64,000 bases of DNA from Isurus oxyrinchus (GCA_026770705.1 JANJGN010000034.1:4278001-4342000), one strand, 5' to 3'; positions 13,500 through 26,647 are shown, numbered from the stretch's first letter. Program-made: numbers and translations. The notes: a model not told the origin generated them from the letters alone.

Positions 13500-14170
13500 C
13501 ATGCACTCATTACATGGCCATTTTATTGAAGGTTGACCATCACAGTTAAGGTTACCCTTGCAGAAACACATTGGTGAGTTCCGATCAACCAGTCGTGGCA
13601 CCACACTGACATCTTGAGAAGCCCGATGGCCTTCTGATTTTATGTCCTAATCGCATGTCCCTGCCCCTCGACCTGAGACTCTGGCAGAATGATAAATTGG
13701 TACAGCATCATTGATGCATGTTTCCCTTGGATACCTACGCGGAATTTAGGTGTTGGTGAGAGGGCCTGAGATAATAGCTTTTGACACGGGATGGAAACGA
13801 TTGTTCCAACTTTTAGGAAAGTGTGCCCTCACGCATACATGCTTTTGCTGCAGATGAACCAGAGGATGGCCCTCCGAATGTTCTGCGTGTACACGCATTG
13901 GTTGCCCGGTGATTAATTGCATGACCTACAGCTGGACGAATTCCATAAAAGTTATGAAATCAAATGACTCATCTGAAGGTCAAATCTGATCTGAATTAAA
14001 TGCAAACCTAGATATCTGGCAAAACAACCTTTACTAACCTGTGGGTCTCCGAGATGCACTGGCATCTGCGAGATTTGCCAAGTTTCAGACTTATTTTTAT
14101 TTTTATGACCTAGTGATGTGCCCTGGCTAGTATTTGCTAAGAAGTCACGGTGAACTCTTGCCACGAAATC
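13500..14170 (-). mobile_element. PIF/Harbinger DDE transposase relic
   Basis: Minus-strand peptides in expected order: DFLANTSQG..QISQMPVH..QVSKGCFAR, HVCVRAHFPKSW, QKAIGLLKMSVWCHD..ARVTLTVMV; these match remembered Harbinger blocks (GISQS.VHRCI..V, VCARYPGS.HD, E.AIGLLKMRFRCLD). Confidence 0.65.
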
Positions 14171-14689
14171 AATCTTCGGAGCAGTGGCAGAAATTAATCA
14201 ATTGACGTTGCTCCCGACGTTTATCCTGACACCAAACACACTTGTAACAGGTTCCAATTATTCAGGCTGTTAAGGAGTTTTGAGAAACAGTGTACTCAGG
14301 GGAGCTCAAACGGGGCAAAGTGCTGTCGGGGTGATAGAGGGCGCAGTCCATTTTGGAAGCAGTGTGACAATTTTTAATGTCCAGCCTTTGAAAATGAGTG
14401 AATGGATGGACAATGGTTTGGGTAAGTGAATGAATGGATCGGTATTGTGGTTATAGAGTGTAGTTGGGTAGAGAGATGAATGGTTAGGCCTTTATGTGAT
14501 CGAGAGGCAAGCGTACTCAGAGTATTTGGTGTATGGGGAAGATGGGCATGTGAACATACTTCTATTTGGTTAAGTGGATGCTTGAGCCCGAGCGTTATTT
14601 CAGTAGATGCATGAAGTTTTTTTTTTATGGACATTCATTCCCACGTCGGCTTCTGTGTAATCTCTAGTAAGTGTCACACTCAATGAGCG

Positions 14690-14742
14690 CACGCGCACTG
14701 ACACATACACACACTCACACATACACACACAAATACATACAC
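14690..14742. repeat. Imperfect (CA)n microsatellite
   Basis: Direct observation. Confidence 0.8.
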
Positions 14743-15319
14743 CTGCAACTGAAAAAATCTTTCAGAGTTTGAAGTACATCTGCAATTGCAATCAAATTAT
14801 GAGATCAGAACCAAAAACTCTGGCCTGGCGTCCCTCTATGCTTGCATGATTACATTGCTTGAACTCATCATCATTGCCAATTTGCACTGACTAAATGTTG
14901 TCACTCAGCCTTGTAGTACCAGGCGGGTCATTCAAGTTTTCAAACATGGGGCTCCAGGTCATGTACGGAAACCACATAAATAAACATCACTCCAATATTT
15001 GTTTGGTTGGCCTTGGTCAGGCCTTGTACTGACATCCCTGGATTTATAATCTCCCACCCTTGCCATATGCCCGGCAAGAGGGTCTTCAGGGAGGAATCAT
15101 GTAACAGTGCCCCTGCTTGTATTGTGTACTAGGGTATTTTTCACTTTAGCACGGGATCGCATCAGCTACTGGCCTCTTGTTGTCTCGTTATGAGTGTGCG
15201 GCTGTAACTCCACTGATCCCGATGTTACATGGAGAGGATGTTATAATAGTTGAACTTCGAATACACCGCTCAGCATGAGGGAATTGTGCTTGGCTTGCAG
15301 GGGATAATTGTGTTTATTT

Positions 15320-15630
15320 ATTTATTTTCCTTTGTTCATTTTTAGCATGTGGGATTCGCTGCCTAAGTCATTATGTGCTGCCTATTTCTATTAACACCAT
15401 AAGCTGACTGGTTTGCTTGGTGATTCCATTGGACGGATAAGAGTCACTTGTAGATCTTCTTCCACAGAGCGATTTATTCAACGAGATGTTTGTTTTTTCT
15501 CACTACAATGAATTGCTAGGACACAATTTCAGATCTAATAGGTGAAATCAACTTTCTCCAGCTTTGGAGGTGGAATTTGAATGCATTTCCCCAAGCATAG
15601 CCTCAAGCTCTGGGTTATGATGACCCCGCT
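15320..15630 (-). mobile_element. SINE relic sharing its 3' tail with the LINE at 47250-48095
   Basis: catgtgggattcgctgcctaagtca is the reverse complement of the LINE tail motif (gccagcga..cacatccc.tg at ~48060 and ~44657). Confidence 0.45.
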
Positions 15631-17199
15631 TTAAACTCAAAGAGTCGCAAGTGAGGCCTTAGTGCTAATATCACTACCGCCACTGCTGGAATCTTTCCTC
15701 CACTCTTCGACCATGAATCATTAAAAGGCTGCCCGATGTGTGATAGCAAATGGCAAACAGTCCTGTGATGAGCACAAGTACTGCTCACTTCTGCTCACCC
15801 CTTCAACATTTATTCTACTTGAATATTCTGACCTATATTTCCAAAACCAATGTCCCGTGTCCGCCATCATCGCGCTTCAGTAGCATAATCATATTTAAAT
15901 GCATTGTATGCAATTAAGCTGAATATCCGGCGCTGCCAATAAATAGGAACGAATGATCTCCTGCCCGTCATAACCTACCACTTTCGATAAAATTCTACAT
16001 TCTGCATGCCATTGTTGATGCATGTTTACTGCAAAACAATTCTGCTCTTCCATAGCTGCCCGCTATTTATTCTATTGCCCTTTTTAACTGCACCGGGGAT
16101 AGGTTATCCTGTTTATAATTTAATCACTATATATTTTTAATTTAGAACAATATCGGGATTGAAAGCTTATCCGTGTCAGAAAGTAAAGTGGAGATGTTTT
16201 CTCCAGATGGAAAGGGTTGACGAAAATATTACATGAAAGCACCAAGAACAATTATGACTTTTGCTGAGCGAGATGTGGAGAAGATTGTGCCATGTTGTGC
16301 GAGCTACTATCTGTGACACAGAAATGCTTTATTTTTAATCATAAATATGCTGCATAATTCCAAAACAATATATGAAGATCTACAATGCGGATACAGGGTT
16401 ACCACGTGTGCCACAAACATGAAGAAGGAAAGCTTCAGAAAATTTCATGAAGCAGAGGCTGAAACGTAGGCAAAACTGTTTTGTAATCTGAAAACGTCTG
16501 AGATGAGGATTATATAGAAATTAAACATCAGCACATTGTTTATTTTTTTTTATGTTTGTTTCCTGAGATGTTGTTTCTACGTTGAAAGCAATCAATACAG
16601 GAACTAACCGTTCTGGTCACTTACAATCATTCATTCATGTGCATGGTTCTCCTTCACCTAACCCTGGATTAAGTTTTTGATCATTTTGAATGATGTAGGC
16701 TGATGTATAAACGCTGATCCAGTGCCTCTGGAATACAAAGGTTAACACGCATGGTTGCCTTCATTTAATCATCAGATCCTTACATCCTAAGTGCATTTAC
16801 TCTGCACAGCCATTGATCTCCAGGGGCGTATCTTATTGATGCATCAATGCTCATTGAATTTTGCCATATTTCTACATCCCGCATCCTCAGTTGTGCTCAC
16901 CATACGATTGATTATCATTCATCCCTGGTTGACTTCGGAAGGTCCACTCTGAAATTCAGCCTCCAATTCTAAATTCTGCAGAGCGCAATCATTAAAAAAC
17001 AAAAATGCTTTTAGATTTGTGTTTTTGTTTTACCTTAACTTGTATCTTTTTTCCCCAATAGCTCCAACAGTGTCTCACTCCCGTTTTTTGACAATACAAC
17101 ACTGGAGATCATTGGGAGCCCAAATTACCTGAAACAAACATGTGCATATATATCATTGTTTTTTTTTTACCTTCATCCAATTGCATTCTTGTCTTCCAG

Positions 17200-17226
17200 A
17201 AATTCAGGCAATGCTTCAAAAGACCA
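17200..17226 (+). CDS. Micro-exon (27 nt, phase 1-1); EIQAMLQKT
   Basis: cattcttgtcttccag|AAATTCAGGCAATGCTTCAAAAGACCA|gtaagc; similar to exon 47123-47152. Confidence 0.8.
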
Positions 17227-18744
17227 GTAAGCATCGTTCTATATTTTTGATGAATTGGTAATTGAGCGAATCAATGAGATTCCAAAAGTGAATCAGCCTA
17301 GATCTGTTGCATCTAATGTTCTCCTGGACAGGGGTTAAAAAATGCCAGTTCAAAATTAATATTGAGAACTCTCGTACAATATATGCCATAGCACAGGCAC
17401 TCGCCATCCAACTGGATGGGTATTCAATTCGTTTTAGTACAGACGCCTCTGCATTCATCCTGTGGATTGTGTAGGTGTTTCAATGGAATAACTAACCTTA
17501 TGCTAGTGGAGCTTCGTTCTAAATTTGTAAGGTTATGTACTCGAAACATATCTCTTGATAGGAAGCAAATAATAATCCAAAACATTTGACGCATTTGTGC
17601 AGAAAAGCCAGATTATTTCTACAGTCTAGAACACATTATTTGAATTGTTTTGCGCTGATAATTTCATTGTTTCCGTTACAACTGTACTTTTGGGCGTTGC
17701 TTTAAAAGTGGTTGATATTGAATCAGCTGCCCCTATGTCCACCATTTAAATTTCCTCCTTGTAGACAGCATTACGAAGTGATCTTGATGACACCGTTTAA
17801 TATGGTATCACTCATCCTAAATTTTACAATTAATGCTACTTGGCACGACTTTCATATACGAGCAGAGAGGATGCGATTTTTAAGGAATGACTCCGACAGC
17901 ATTATCTGGAGTTCATACATATGCAATGAAACAATGAATCCCGGCACTCTGATCCTCCACAGTTGAGCAGCTTGAGCCATACAAATCGGCTCAACTGTAA
18001 AAAGAAAGCAGTTTATTGAAATTGGGAAACTTACCCAATCCTTTCACACGAGTTCTGCTGTTTTCAAAACGTACTGTTGTTTAAGATTTACTGCTGATCA
18101 CATTCTTGGGCGTACAGGATCCCCCTTCGAAGTAAGTTAATGTTAAGACTTTGCAAGACATCACAGGCACTTTTTTATTCTTTTCATTCTTCTTGTTCAT
18201 CGTTTTCCCCTCTTAATTTGATCAGAGTTTAATATTTGGCTGTAGGAACTTGATTTGAAGAAAATGTATTTCGAATGCTTTCAATTTATGTTTCTTTTTG
18301 AGGCTGCGTTTCTCACTGAAGTTGATCACTTTTGAGTGATTGAGGAGCCACTGCTCCTTCTCCTTTATTAAGATTTCAGATATCACTTGGTCACACTGGT
18401 CAAAGTTATGCTGCTGACGAGACAAACCAAAGCAACTGTAGAACAGCAGTGCTTTGGACAAGCAAGCTAAAGAAAACTGAACACATGTGCCAGTAATGTG
18501 AAAAGTGTGCTTTACCATTTGGAACGCAATTCGAATCCATATTCAGGAAGGACATTGTATGGATTCAAGTGAAAATAATCCCAAATAAGTTAAAATAATG
18601 TTCTGATTATGCAGGAGAACATAATATGTGATACTGATAGAGAAAGATGTAGTGGGATTCGAGCATAAATAATTACATAACCAGTTGTGGGAAATATGAT
18701 GAGTTATATAATGCATTTAATTTATTTTATTTGCCTCTTTTCAG

Positions 18745-18771
18745 TGGACACACTATTTGAAAAAAAGAAAG
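18745..18771 (+). CDS. Micro-exon (27 nt, phase 1-1); MDTLFEKKK
   Basis: ttgcctcttttcag|TGGACACACTATTTGAAAAAAAGAAAG|gtatgg; 21/27 nt identical to exon 49679-49705. Confidence 0.82.
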
Positions 18772-19010
18772 GTATGGATCCCCCAACAACAGGAATGAAA
18801 TTTAAAAAAAAAACGGATATGACAAAGAACAGAACTCAAATAGTCAATCGCAAGTCTGTAGTACCTACTATCTCCATATAAATTAGAAATTAATGCAGCA
18901 AATAGCAACGAAATTGGAGAATCTATTTCAAATACGGTGGAAAATAAATTATCAATGTATATTCTAAAGCGCCACAAATATAATAAAATGAGGTTTGTTT
19001 TCTCCAATAG

Positions 19011-19028
19011 CAACAGGGGGAGATTTTC
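19011..19028 (+). CDS. Micro-exon (18 nt, phase 1-1); ATGGDF
   Basis: tttgttttctccaatag|CAACAGGGGGAGATTTTC|gtaaga; second in-frame acceptor would start the exon at 19017. Confidence 0.55.
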
Positions 19029-19779
19029 GTAAGAAAATGTCATCAACCCATTGCATAGACTGGTGATTTATATCGATTGCTTGTTTAATATAGCAGGCTG
19101 GTGTGACTGACTTGGATTTTGGAAAGGCTCACAATGGATATTTCCAGCAAAGATAGCAGACTTGTGCTAGGTTTGAACGTCAAATGCATTTCATTGGATC
19201 AATACCTATATCTGCTAAAGTAAGCAATAATTATCTTAGAACTTGGCACAACATATAATCGAGTATCGATTCGACTTGGAATAGAGCAACAGAATTCACT
19301 ATGACGGAGAGCAGAACACCAGTTTTTTGAACAATCCAGGCATTGCAGCGTTTCATCTACAATGTGCTTTGATCGTCTGGGCATCATTTTCCTGAATCTG
19401 ATTCGACATTGCGATCTGCTACTCAATGAGAGAGTCGTCCCCTGCAAAATTTCCCAATGTATTCTCCATTTGTGGAAGCAATTATTGATGCTGTGAAACA
19501 GTTGCCAAGAACACAAAGTTGTTTCCCTCTTTCGTATTCCCCATGTGCAGGATATGTTATCATCTTTGGCACTGTTGTTGGGCTTTTTTCTGCAGCCTGC
19601 AATGGCCCCATTGAGAATCAATCAACATTGCAAATGGCATCCATTCTATTTTCATGAATACAAAACTTCGGGAATAATGTATAGTGTCATGAATATCACC
19701 AATAATATAATGCTGAAGATAAACAAGCCCCTAACTTGTGATGCAATTTCCAACATCTCATTATTATTTTCTTTTCCAG

Positions 19780-19815
19780 ACCTGAAAATGTGCGAAATTG
19801 ATCGTGTGAAGAATG
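19780..19815 (+). CDS. Micro-exon (36 nt, phase 1-1); (H/D)LKMCEIDRVKN
   Basis: ttattttcttttccag|ACCTG...AGAATG|gtaaga; strong splice sites. Confidence 0.8.
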
Positions 19816-22800
19816 GTAAGAGCCAACGATGTGAATCTTCTTTAAAACGTCAATGAACAGATAGGAAGTGCAGTTGATTCTTGGCACATTTCCCGTTCAA
19901 ACATAGCGAGCACGTTCTTCCAGTAGCAGGGATCGATAAAAAAAAATCTCTTCTGGTTGACATTTTTATCTGTGTGCGTTCATGTTGACAAGATATATTC
20001 CTACACACTGTTCAAAAAAAGAGAAGTTCTTGATAGTTATTTCTGCTCATTCATTTTGAGCTCAAGACAAAATATTTTGGCTCTCTCCTTTTCCCACTCC
20101 CCCTTGCCCTGTCGCTTCCCTTTTCGGTGCTGCTATTCAATCGTACTCCACAGTTGTTTCAGATATTGCCATCTAGGCCATACCAATTCGATTTGAAATA
20201 AAATTTGGGTAATCTTGCTGCTTTGAAACATTCTAATATATGAATTGCATGTAGCAATCCACAGTCTAGTTGGGAAAACGAATTATTTCTTAGACGTTGC
20301 AATTTCTTCATTTGAACTCCTCTAATCATTTCACATCGACCTTCCCGTAAGGATAGATAACAATCCGAGATCCTATATTGTGTCGAAGAAATTGAAGTTT
20401 CCTCAACGCTATGCATCCTGGTGTATATCCTTCGAATGCTATCCAGTTTTATTACAATTATAGGGTGAACTCAGCTAAATCGCTCTTTTGTTCTGGAAAT
20501 ATCTTGTCCAAATTTCCACAAACCTTCCACTCTTAACTGTTATTACGAAGCTCATCGGAACCTCATATTCTGATCATTATTTCACTTTTTTTGTTAATGA
20601 TAGATAACTTGTGTTGTTTCTGAATTCTGCATTATGCATCCCCTGTAGAATGGTTGAGGAAAATATTGCATTCTACAGCTCTTCAGTTGTGGCGAAGAGC
20701 CAGATCCGACAGGCAGTATTATTTCTGCTTTGCGGTGTACTGTCAGAACTGATGCGTCACTCAGTTTTTATTTCAGATGTACAGAATACTCACTATTTTG
20801 TCACGATATGAAAAACGTTCATTTTGCAAATTCACATATCTATTAATTAACATGGCAGAAAAAACATTGATCCAGTCCGAGAAAGGTGGGAGGTTTTTTT
20901 GTTAACCTGTACGACTTATGCTTAACGTTGTTGAAATAATAATTTATTTGAATGCATTCTGAATAGTCTAAAGCTCAGAAGAGGTTATTTATCCCAACAC
21001 ATGGTATCGTCCACACCACTGTCTATTAGATTATCAGCATTATTTCCATTTCTTCCTCCTTGCAGCAGATGTTTAAGTGACACCGTGGAGTCAGAGAATC
21101 TGTCCTAGATCCTCTTGGAACATATCCATAGTGCAAATATTCGATAGCGGTACTTTACTTTATTAGATGTTTAGATCTGGCACACACTGAAAAGTTCATA
21201 TCAGCAAACGATTCTTCAGGACGGCGGGGCACTTTATTAAGGGTGCGGATTGTGGCGAATATGCATGGGGAATTTAAGGAAAACTAATGCGATGTTTTTT
21301 AATGAAGCGGCTGTTAATAAGTATGGTGATGGTTGAGTCATAAATAATTAGTTATTTCAAAAAAATTGTTAGGTTGGCATTCGATTTGAAATTGATTTGT
21401 TCGGGATATCACTTGCAAATTGAAGGGACTTTTCGGCAGGTAGACAGGATTCGTTCGATGGGCCAATTGGTAACATTCTCTGTGGTAATGTTTGTCTGAC
21501 TCTCTGATTGATTTCTGTCTCGTTTCTTCATCATTCGTGCCATGAAATGGATAGCTTTCTTCCCATTTGTTTTGTTTTGATTTCCTGTAAAATGTTTTAT
21601 TGATTTTCTTTATGCCATTCGTTAATATAGTTCCATGCTACATTTTTTGTTTCCCATTGTAGTACTTTTTTTCTGACCTTTCTTTGCAATGACCCCTTTT
21701 AATATGATGTTTCCATGTGATTGTCGTCTCTATATTTTGAAGCCTAGGGTTTCTTTATGCATTTATTCTGTCCTGATAGCTTAGTGGCGAGAAACTTTAT
21801 TTTTCCCCTTTTTAGCGCAATATTTTGCTTCAATTTTGTTGACATTGTTATAAAGGTTGTTCTTTGATACTATGCATAATTGCTTTACAATATCCTTGAT
21901 TAATTACTTTTCTGAAATACTGTCCTTGGCCCCAAGATGACATATTTTATTTTACCTATATCCGGCCCAGATATGACTCCAATTCACGCTCTCCTCTAAT
22001 ATAAAATATATAATTTTGCAATGTTATATTCATTTAACATAAATTCCCCGAATTTTAAATCTTTATTCAGCTTGGAATTAGTCTCAATTATGTGTCCTAT
22101 TCGCGAAATCATACTTCTTAGTCTTTTTAACATATGATGTTTTAAACATTCCGACACGCATTTTAGAAACGTTTTAAACTGCTGACAATCATGTCTTGCC
22201 TCTGTCCATGAATATTCCGGTGTTTTAAGTCATTTCTTGGTGTAGTTCTCTGCTGTTTTTTTTATTTAATAATTAATTCTGTAGCAGTTTTTGAATACTT
22301 AATCCACGATTTCTTCTGACAGAATCACGTGATATCTGAACAATCCATCTTACTTACGACCTTTTTAAAAATCTTTATGCATATACATGATAATTCAGTC
22401 TTATTCTGTTTTTTTTTCATTCGGATAGTTCCAGTTACGTTTGCCAAGACTTTACTTCTTGCTCTGTGTTAATTATCCCTGTCTTGAAGGTCTTTCAGTA
22501 ATCATTAATTGTAAATCTTCACAACAGCATTAATAATCTATGCTTGCAGTTCGCAAGTGATAAATGTCTTGTCATATAACTGAAATAGTCTCCCTCGTGA
22601 TTGCGCATTTTCAGCTTTAATTGCTCTGCCATGCCCCATGTAAATGTTACATTTCTGCGAGTACGCTTGTCTGTTTATCTTTCTTCCTCTGATGAATTCC
22701 ATAGGACAACATTAACATATATACATAATGAAGAGGTATTCAGCTTGACAGATACTGGTTGCTGGAGAATTATCGATCGAAGGCAAATGGAAGAATTCAG

Positions 22801-23026
22801 TTGCCATCATTTGAATAACTGCCATGGAATGTTCTACCACCTCCTGTTGCCAACGGACGGTTGACAGGGTCCAGAGCCAACATTTCACCGTAAATATAAC
22901 CACCACAGCTGTGCAACATTGCGTCAAATCTGTTCTCAGATATCTGACTGGAGCTTGTACTCATGTCCCTGTAGTGTTATTTAAACCGTATAACGTACGT
23001 TTCAGGGGCGAGAGTTCGAAGTAGAA

Positions 23027-23027
23027 A

Positions 23028-23058
<31 letters not shown>

Positions 23059-23059
23059 C
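23027..23059. repeat. (CA)n microsatellite
   Basis: Direct observation. Confidence 0.9.
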
Positions 23060-23399
23060 GTTGACTTGAAATAGCAGTCTTTATGCTTCCTACAATTTCA
23101 ACATTTGTATTTCGGTTGGACAAACTGCCAGCAGTACGTCAGGAGAAGTAAATGAAAACTAAGAGTCCTAGTTTTATCTACGCTTCAGCAAATCATAAGT
23201 GTAAATGGATGGCATGTAAAGAAAAAATCCTTCTGTTGTAAAAAGAAAACAGGCGGCAGTAAAATCGTCGAAGAGGTCAGGATGGTTCAGTTAAAAATCG
23301 TCCCTGTTTCAAGTTGCTTTCTAATCACATGGTCGACAATCTGATGGGTCCTTTGTTGAACCTGTGCACAAGAGGTTCCATTTTTACCCTATTGTTCAC

Positions 23400-23825
23400 A
23401 GCTATATTAAAAAGGTCGCTCTTTCGACACTGCGACAGATGTTTGTACTGTTATATTAAAACCCAGCACTGAGACCACAATAGAGAATAGCGTAAGCGCA
23501 GGTGTTGCCTTTCTGAATTAGATTTTCAGGCAAGAGCAAGCATTCCCCTTGAGCTCCATTCAAATTATCTCGTGACGCTATTTAGAAGAACATAAACCTT
23601 TGCCGCTTTGTGCGCTGCTCAAGTTTATCCCATAAGAAAGAGCAGTAAGATCAGGTTGCTGATCATTACCACATTGCTGTTTGTGGTGGAAGGTTGTGCG
23701 CACGTTGTCTATGCTTTCACAACAGTGTACGATTGCCAGCATTAGGAAAGTTGTTCAGGCGATGTAAAGGGTTAGGAAATTACCCAATTTCAGAAAAAGA
23801 GCACTATACAATGGAACTGTTGATG
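23400..23825 (+). mobile_element. Deu-domain SINE relic (SacSINE1/AmnSINE1-like)
   Basis: Contains tcattaccacattgctgtttgtgg and a 3' gcactatacaatg tail, as remembered for DeuSINEs. Confidence 0.45.
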
Positions 23826-23909
23826 CACAATGCATGTCGGTTTCGTAACCTTGAGCTGTTTGTAATCAAATGCTTTCCAATCAAATAAATTATATCGAAT
23901 TTATTTCAG

Positions 23910-23945
23910 AATTGAAGGCTCTAAAAATAGAGATCAGAGAAGCAG
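23910..23945 (+). CDS. Micro-exon (36 nt, phase 1-1); ELKALKIEIREA
   Basis: atttatttcag|AATTG...AGCAG|gtcagt; amphipathic, heptad-like peptide. Confidence 0.75.
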
Positions 23946-24355
23946 GTCAGTAAGCAATACGAATTCGATAATATTCTGAGAAACGTGTGGCAGTAAATCG
24001 ACATCACCAAAATTTCAACTCAACCGACTCTATCGGCTCTGTTACCTATTAGAGTGTTGCTTGATATTGATCTTTCTTCAAACCATTGCATGGAACTTAT
24101 GGCGGGCAGAGGATGAGATGCAACCCGAAACCTACCAATACCTACAACTAAATCGTATCTGTTAATTATTCTTAGCAAGCAGTGTCCTTCCCTGTTAGTT
24201 GATGGTCCGGTATGGTGCTTTGGCCACAGGTACTATCCTGACAATTATATCCTCAGTGAAAGCACCAACCTGGGCTTATATCGTTATTAAATGCTATAGC
24301 TCTAAAACCTCTGTATTCTTGTATTCTTGATTTGTTTTTTTCTGTGCATGAACAG

Positions 24356-24382
24356 AGCAAAGACGTGATGCAGCTGAGACAC
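24356..24382 (+). CDS. Micro-exon (27 nt, phase 1-1); EQRRDAAET
   Basis: tttttttctgtgcatgaacag|AGCAAAGACGTGATGCAGCTGAGACAC|gtaaat. Confidence 0.65.
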
Positions 24383-24504
24383 GTAAATAAAAAATAGATA
24401 GATGATATCTTGCAAAAATATACGACAATTCATCGCAGTAGCATTTTATTTTTGAGAGCAGGCATTCGAATTCTAATGAAATATCTATGTATTTTTTTTC
24501 CCAG

Positions 24505-24531
24505 AGCTCCTTGCAAAGTGTAAATCAGATG
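24505..24531 (+). CDS. Micro-exon (27 nt, phase 1-1); (Q/E)LLAKCKSD
   Basis: attttttttcccag|AGCTCCTTGCAAAGTGTAAATCAGATG|gtgagt; consensus sites. Confidence 0.8.
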
Positions 24532-24864
24532 GTGAGTTCATATCCAGCAGTACACAACTAACCGTGAAAATTAAATTTCATTTTTTGGGTATCTGCGGAG
24601 GACTTTGAAATAATGCAGCATCCACACTCATCTCTGAAAACATACAGGAAGTGCCTACACTTTATAAGGACGTTCAACATTTCTCTCAGGTAGCCATAAA
24701 TACTTTAAGTGGCGATAAACGGAGTTGTTAGTTTTTTTTGACATAGAAATGGACATATCATCAGATAATTTCCTGGCCCCAAACTTACCCCACACAATCT
24801 GCCCTACTGTCCAAGGAGAACACATCTATTCCAAAGCAATATTACGTACACATTGATCAAAGTA

Positions 24865-25058
24865 TAATACTGAGAAAATGCTAGGGGGAGTACTCAGCAG
24901 TTAACATTTGGAGTCCATCTGACTCTTCTTCAGAGCTGAAACTTCAGAACTAAAGAGCTAATGAAGTCATAGGGACTCGAAAAGTGGTTAACTCTTTTCC
25001 ACTCTCCCAGGATGCTGTTAGAGTTACTGAACTTCCCAGCGTTGCCTGCCTTTATTCC
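24865..25058. mobile_element. Short palindromic Penelope-terminus-derived element
   Basis: Two opposite-orientation copies of the PLE terminal motif seen at 36170, 39175 and 63355. Confidence 0.55.
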
Positions 25059-25164
25059 CGAACAGAGGCTCTTTGACTGCCCCAGAGGAGCCTTATTTCA
25101 CGTGCGTGATATTTTTACAACTAAACATGATTGGATTTTTAAAATCCAAATTACAAAAGTAAAG

Positions 25165-25337
25165 NNNNNNNNNNNNNNNNNNNNNNNNNNNNNNNNNNNN
25201 NNNNNNNNNNNNNNNNNNNNNNNNNNNNNNNNNNNNNNNNNNNNNNNNNNNNNNNNNNNNNNNNNNNNNNNNNNNNNNNNNNNNNNNNNNNNNNNNNNNN
25301 NNNNNNNNNNNNNNNNNNNNNNNNNNNNNNNNNNNNN
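25165..25337. other. Assembly gap (173 N)
   Basis: Run of N. Confidence 0.99.
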
Positions 25338-26620
25338 ACTGGACTATAATTGTAAAGCTTTGTCATTCAGCACCATTCCGTTGTCGTGCAACCCATGCTG
25401 CTTGGCCACAGATTATTTAAAATTCAAAAAGAATCAATGATACATAAATAAAAGTCACTTTAGCTTGACGCAGGTAAACATAAAGTATGAAAGTGACATG
25501 AAGGGTTTCATAAAAGTTGAATTATAATCTATAGCCGCCACAGCATTATTTATCAATTTCAGTTTTCACAAGCTATGTGAAAAAAATATGGTGCTCAGAT
25601 CACTCATGCCTGACACCTTGATCAATTCGCAATTTTAGGACTTCACAATCGCCCACATATTTTCAATTGTGCATAACCTAGAAGCGGGAATTCCCCTTTA
25701 AGCGGCTGGAAATCTCATTTTTTATTTCTCTTCCTTGAAGAAAGTACGGAAATGTTGAATTTCATTCAATTGTAATTTCTTTCTGCGATTTTGTTTCATA
25801 CCTGTTGGAGGGAAACAAAGAATTGCACATCCTCATTGGGTACTTCACCTGCCTTAGAGTCGGAAGATTCCGGGTTATAACCCACTCTTGCAATTTTGAC
25901 AAGTGGAGGAACGCATTAACTCGTGAGGGCTATGCAATGTGCAATAGTGTCATAGCCAGAGACATCAGGAACGCTGTTTGCAGGAAGAACACCATCTTTA
26001 AAAACAACAACCACGTAAAATTTAAAAAAAAAATGCTTGTTGACTTCTGAATTGTAATCCAGCGTTGTTGGGGCCAATGTATCAAAGGAAATGTCATAAA
26101 AGAATCCTTAGGAACGGTTTAAACATTTGCAAGTACGGTTTACACTGATCACCCCTTGGAGCCATTGGTAGAAACGCCACGGTCTATGCGCCTCCCATCT
26201 ATTAAAAAGTTTCACACAATTTTCCGCATGAATATCAGATCGAGTATACGCATTTGGTTTTTCATCAGTGATGATACGGTAGTGCAGTGTGGCTGTGATT
26301 TAGGATGTAATTTACAACAGAGCTGGCGTGTTATTGCGTAACTAACGAGGAATGCAATTTGCATTTAAATTGTTGATACTTGCACTGGTTTTCTAAGATT
26401 GACGTAAGCATGTCCTGGAGTTTCATTGACATTGCCAGAAGGCGTCCAATGGTTCATACCCCAAATAAAACTCCTTATCCTATGGACTAAGCACGTCCCA
26501 CCATGAATAATAGGCCTCGTAGAAGCTTTCCAATTTTCAGCATCCTATTATGTAATACTGCTGCCATTATATCGCAGCCTATTCGATATTTTGATCGTTT
26601 GAATACTCTCATCTGTTCAG

Positions 26621-26647
26621 ATAAAAGATTGCTTGATCAACTGACAG
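26621..26647 (+). CDS. Micro-exon (27 nt, phase 1-1); DKRLLDQLT
   Basis: ctctcatctgttcag|ATAAAAGATTGCTTGATCAACTGACAG|gtaatt. Confidence 0.75.

Noticed and set aside
19199-19621. 140-aa minus-strand Cys-rich ORF and a CUB-like YIGKFC motif in another frame
   Set aside because: No other CUB or known-domain residues and no flanking splice sites.
19545-19856. ORF with signal-peptide-like MLSSLALLLGFFLQPAMA, and overlapping TM-like GYVIIFGTVVGLFS
   Set aside because: No donor follows the hydrophobic stretch; the ORF runs through the polypyrimidine tract of exon 19780-19815, so it is better explained as intron.
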